Of a stretch of DNA of 64,000 bases, positions 60,140 to 64,000 are shown piece by piece (position 1 is the first letter of the stretch; each line of letters opens with the position of its first letter). Under the pieces are notes generated by a model that saw only the letters and a program-made list of their open reading frames with translations, was not told where the DNA came from and searched no databases. The DNA comes from Lophium mytilinum. Taxonomy: Eukaryota. The position numbers and the translations under genes are program-made. The stretch covers positions 1,056,726-1,120,725 of the forward strand of contig MU004198.1 of assembly GCA_010093605.1 (NCBI GenBank), written 5' to 3'.

Positions 60140-63100
60140 CTACGCGTTCTCTTGTTGGGGAGAACCCCCACCCTGCAGTGCTTCTCCAGATCCAAGGTCT
60201 CCACGATATCTCCCTTCACCATCAGCCGCTGTGAGATCAATAACCTTCATTCCTTTGTCGACTTCTCTTCGCGTGGCAGCCCTGGAAAAATAACGCGCAA
60301 AGAACACTAGGAGCAGGGCAATACCGATGTTGTGGATCTCCGGCCATGACACTGTAAGTGCAAGGCAGGTGAGGATCATGAGAAAGGCGAATGCATCCCA
60401 GACTGAGTCTTTTTCATTTGCTGACACGGAGCACGGCTCAATCTGGAATGTTGTCTCCGGGAAATAATCCGATAGAGTCTCAGAGGAGTTTTCCAGCACT
60501 GTGAGGACTTGAGATTCATGTTCGCCGTCGTCGTCGATCCCGGCTTGCTCCTCGTAACCGAAAGTGTCATCAGAGGCCTCATCCTCGCCCGGGTTCAGTG
60601 TTGCTTGGATGATACCACCATCTGCCAAGAGAGTATCACGAGCCGAAGCCTCGTTCCCCTTCTCGGCCTCCTGGGTCCCATTATAACCACGGTCCATCTC
60701 ATTCTCCAGTTGAATTAATGACATCTCTTTGGTGTCATTTCCGGCAGAACCATCGGCGGAGAGGTCGCTAGCACTAGGCGAAGCGACAGTCATGCTGCCC
60801 TGACCTTCGTCCGCAAGGCAGTCAAACTCGGCACTACCTGTCTCCGCGGCGTCACCGACCTGGAAGTCGGTTGGAAGAGCGCTGGCGTCCCATTCTTCTT
60901 CGTCGATGTCTTTGCCATTCTCTTCTTCCCAAATCTTGCAATTGTTTGTCTCGCCGTCTGTCGGTCCGATTTCTATCGCTTGTGGCTCCTCTTCTTCTCC
61001 ATGTAGAGAACCACCATCATGTGCATCTACTCGGAATACGCCATGAGACTTCTCATCGTCGCCGATAGATGAGTCTCCAATGTCTAAGTCGTAGTATTCG
61101 TACTCGAAACGGCCGAGATCGAAGGTAGTTGACTGAACCATCGAGACGCAGACTGAGAAAATAGAGTGGCCTAAGGGCGTAGGAGAATCCACAGAGTCTT
61201 GAGACCCTGGCATACCTTCTGATGGGTCGGACTCAATCCCACCATCTGCTAGCTTGATTACGTCCTGGGACAGATCCATAATTTTCCGAGCTTCGACAGT
61301 GTTCTCGCTAAGATCCGCGGAAGTGCTAGCCTCGCTAGTCGAGTTTGAGAGCGTCCCCGTAACCCCGTCGTTGATTTCAACGTCCGTGTCGGAGCTCGTG
61401 CTTGCAAGAGACTCTGATGTCTCACCCGGGATGCCTTCAGAGTTTGCCAATTCTCCGGTCGTATCGGGAGAGACTGCCCCTTTGGACTCTGTGGTGTGGT
61501 CACCGATATTGGTTTCAACCGTCTCAGTCGTGGACGTTGGCCTAGCAGCAGTCTCAACGACAGACATTGGGGAAGAAGTAGCCATGGTATGGTCATCGGA
61601 CTCAAACTGCTTGGAGTTAAATGAAGACTCCTCGTTAGCTTGATGCACGTCTTCGGACTTTTGGAACGTGCTAGGCGTGCTGCTAGATTCAACACCCTTT
61701 ACTTCTTGATCGAGGTCAGCACAGCTCTGGCCGGGCTCTTCGGAGTTTACACTCTCGTTCGTTTGCGACGATGCTGAAGATCCATGTTTCGGATAGTAAG
61801 CCTCAAAGTTTTGGCTGAAGCGACTGCGTTTCTGCGAACGAATGCTCGATTTCCGCGAGCTAGAGCTTGATGAGCTAGTGCTCGATGTACTGATACCAGC
61901 GGGAGTAGACGCTTGGCTTCCGGTTTGCGGCTCATCAAAAGATGAGGAAAACGAGTTTGCTTCGGTTGTCGTACGTTGATCCTGAGGATTCCTCTCGTTG
62001 TGGGTCTCGTTGGAGTTGCTGGATGCTTCTTGGGTTGACGAGGAGCCGAAGGTGCCACTCGGTTTGGTAGCTGCGAACGCCGCGGCCATGCCTTTCGCGA
62101 ATGCCTGGGGATCTGGGAGGCGAGGAGTAACTCGGTTCCTCGACCACGCTGTCATTCCTGCGCTGCTATCAGGGATGGAGCATGCATGAACCGAACCTGG
62201 CTTTAGTGGGTCAAATCCCGGAGGGTACGCATAACGTCCTGGTGGATTCCCCTGCAGGATAGGCCGCAGTAAATGATCATACATCGCATATCCCCTTCCG
62301 CAGCGCTTCCGGAAGCAGCCCGAGAACGTATCCCAATCCAGGACCCATATTGGCGAGACATCTCCCGGACCGAAGAAGAACAACGCTCCTTGCGACATAT
62401 CGGTGTAGACGTTGCTGCGCTGGGTCTTGTATAGATTGTACTTGAAATGTTGAGTGAATGAAACAGGGAGCTGATACGGATCCTGTGCGGGGCCCCAGGG
62501 GTTTTGTCCGAGGTCCATGAATACGCCATGATGGATATAAACGTGCCAAAACTCCTGGGTATTGACATTGATCAAGGACCCAGTGTTTAGATGCCAGCGG
62601 TGTACCGACATCTGCGCAAAGCCATTGGTGTCCTTTTCAGCACGAATATAGAAGCCTCCACGATTCGTCCAGAGGCCTCGTGCTCCTGCGACAGGGGTCA
62701 AGATGTCGGACTCTTGTCGAACCGGCCTGAATTCGAAGGGAAACTCGTATCTGTGCTGTTCGAGGAATCCAGGGGGCTCTCCATCGATAGCTTCTAGATC
62801 TAGTCCATAGAATCTCGGATCTTCTTGATTGCGGTTCCGGAAGCACCCGGCAGCTCTATCCCAGTCGAGTAACGTAGAAGGCCGGTCGAGCTCACGGCCG
62901 GAGAGGCATACAGATTCCTTCCCGTTGGTTGTGACTCCAGGGAATTGGGTGTATAGGAGATCGTCTTCTTCCTCGTCAGTCATCCGCGGTGGCAGCCGGG
63001 AAGGATCAGACTGGGGCCCAAAGTGAAACCCGTTTGGATCGAGTGTATAGTTCAGGTACCGGGAGTAGTACTCCTCCGTCTTGATGTTGTATAGACAACC

Positions 63101-63625
63101 CTTGGCAGTATCCCACCGTAACGCCAATTTGATGAAGTCGCCGGCCGATGCTTTGAGGTAGCAGTAAGAGCCGCAGCAGTCCGTATAGAGGCCAACGGTG
63201 CCACTGACTGGCTGGAGGTTGCCTACAAACTGTGCGAGCCTATGCTCTTCCTTAGTGAATGCCAAGTTGAGCTCCCATAGGAATGGATCAGGGTGGTATG
63301 CGGTGCTCTTCTCGGCTTCGTTGAAATCTGGGAACGTTTCTTTCCCTTCAATCGTGTGGAATACCGCCTTTGCCTCGCCATTGCCGGTTGTCGCACGGGA
63401 TACAAGCAATCCCAGTGTTGTGTCCCAATGATATTTGACCCCGAATCCCTGGCTTGACAGGCCGTAGATGCCATCGCCAGTTGTGTACACCCCCGGCTGG
63501 GGTGTTTTCAAAAGGCCATATCGCTTCGCCAACGCGTCATGCTCCTCGTCTAGTAGATCTTGCCGATGGACTATCTCAATTGGACCCGTGGGGATCGCTT
63601 TCGAAATCGGTGGTGCTGCAGACAT
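60140..63625 (-). CDS. 1161-aa hypothetical protein: five N-terminal ~85-95-aa repeats, long Ser/acidic disordered region, two C-terminal TM helices
   Basis: Single long ORF with repeats G[VL][YW]T...W[DH]...G[CSL][LF]. Hydrophobic AFAFLMILTCLALTV and IGIALLLVFFA near the C-terminus. Confidence 0.75.
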   Translation of the reverse strand: MSAAPPISKAIPTGPIEIVHRQDLLDEEHDALAKRYGLLKTPQPGVYTTGDGIYGLSSQGFGVKYHWDTTLGLLVSRATTGNGEAKAVFHTIEGKETFPDFNEAEKSTAYHPDPFLWELNLAFTKEEHRLAQFVGNLQPVSGTVGLYTDCCGSYCYLKASAGDFIKLALRWDTAKGCLYNIKTEEYYSRYLNYTLDPNGFHFGPQSDPSRLPPRMTDEEEDDLLYTQFPGVTTNGKESVCLSGRELDRPSTLLDWDRAAGCFRNRNQEDPRFYGLDLEAIDGEPPGFLEQHRYEFPFEFRPVRQESDILTPVAGARGLWTNRGGFYIRAEKDTNGFAQMSVHRWHLNTGSLINVNTQEFWHVYIHHGVFMDLGQNPWGPAQDPYQLPVSFTQHFKYNLYKTQRSNVYTDMSQGALFFFGPGDVSPIWVLDWDTFSGCFRKRCGRGYAMYDHLLRPILQGNPPGRYAYPPGFDPLKPGSVHACSIPDSSAGMTAWSRNRVTPRLPDPQAFAKGMAAAFAATKPSGTFGSSSTQEASSNSNETHNERNPQDQRTTTEANSFSSSFDEPQTGSQASTPAGISTSSTSSSSSSSRKSSIRSQKRSRFSQNFEAYYPKHGSSASSQTNESVNSEEPGQSCADLDQEVKGVESSSTPSTFQKSEDVHQANEESSFNSKQFESDDHTMATSSPMSVVETAARPTSTTETVETNIGDHTTESKGAVSPDTTGELANSEGIPGETSESLASTSSDTDVEINDGVTGTLSNSTSEASTSADLSENTVEARKIMDLSQDVIKLADGGIESDPSEGMPGSQDSVDSPTPLGHSIFSVCVSMVQSTTFDLGRFEYEYYDLDIGDSSIGDDEKSHGVFRVDAHDGGSLHGEEEEPQAIEIGPTDGETNNCKIWEEENGKDIDEEEWDASALPTDFQVGDAAETGSAEFDCLADEGQGSMTVASPSASDLSADGSAGNDTKEMSLIQLENEMDRGYNGTQEAEKGNEASARDTLLADGGIIQATLNPGEDEASDDTFGYEEQAGIDDDGEHESQVLTVLENSSETLSDYFPETTFQIEPCSVSANEKDSVWDAFAFLMILTCLALTVSWPEIHNIGIALLLVFFARYFSRAATRREVDKGMKVIDLTAADGEGRYRGDLGSGEALQGGGSPQQENA

Positions 63626-64000
63626 GTTGGCAGACTGCTAATGAACCAGTCAGCTTTATTTCTCAAACTACGCGCAATGACAAAGGTCTCTCCAACAGGA
63701 AGAATAATAGCTTACCAACACCGAATTCAAGTTAGGAAGGGTTGAGTTGTAGAGGAAAGGCAGGCTTGCTGTGGTGGAGAGTCGATTCAAGGTGTGGTGG
63801 TATGTGTTGGTGTGGGGGTTCGACGAGCAAGTTGGTGGAAAGTTTGAGTTGTTGTGATCGAGCTTAAATGGGCGACTGGAACAGTTTCACTGGTCTGTGC
63901 GTCAGTTGGTGCCTGTCTTCTTCCACTCGCCGCAAATGTTCAGACTGCGCTAGTGTAAAGATGGTGAATGTAGGGGATGACGATATCATGTCCACAATCC

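Noticed and set aside
1..64000. Starship captain (DUF3435 tyrosine recombinase), transposase or gag-pol
   Set aside because: No such motifs were recognised in any ORF, so a giant mobile element cannot be supported from this window alone.

Overview
Filamentous ascomycete (Pezizomycotina, possibly Dothideomycete) genomic DNA, judged from short GT-AG introns with CTAAC/CTGAC branch sites and RIP-like nonsense changes. It looks like an accessory, fast-evolving region. The left end (0.3-9.4 kb) carries an intron-rich MFS sugar-porter gene, a fungal CorA-like gene and a PNP_UDP-ankyrin gene with no NACHT/NB-ARC. These are followed by a 22-bp minisatellite, a disrupted ORF, a solo LTR, a tail-anchored low-complexity protein and an iron-containing alcohol dehydrogenase. 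The most striking feature is a cluster of six divergent paralogues (seven domain copies plus one relic) of an uncharacterised ~200-aa domain: EH...G[HY]Y...HP[FY]N...[AT]PHL...T[LI]xLL followed by an HTH-like helix pair. Five lie on the minus strand at 17.9-35.4 kb and one on the plus strand at 52.3 kb. The intergenic DNA has degenerate ~160-172 bp and ~108 bp tandem arrays. Also present: a complete 525-bp non-autonomous Copia-type element (TRIM-like, 72-bp LTRs, PBS, PPT, 5-bp TSD), a degraded SNF2 helicase, a trio of J-domain paralogues (one intact, two disabled), a BCS1-like AAA ATPase, and a 1161-aa membrane-anchored protein with five copies of an unrecognised repeat. All family calls come from motifs read by eye; no database searches were run.
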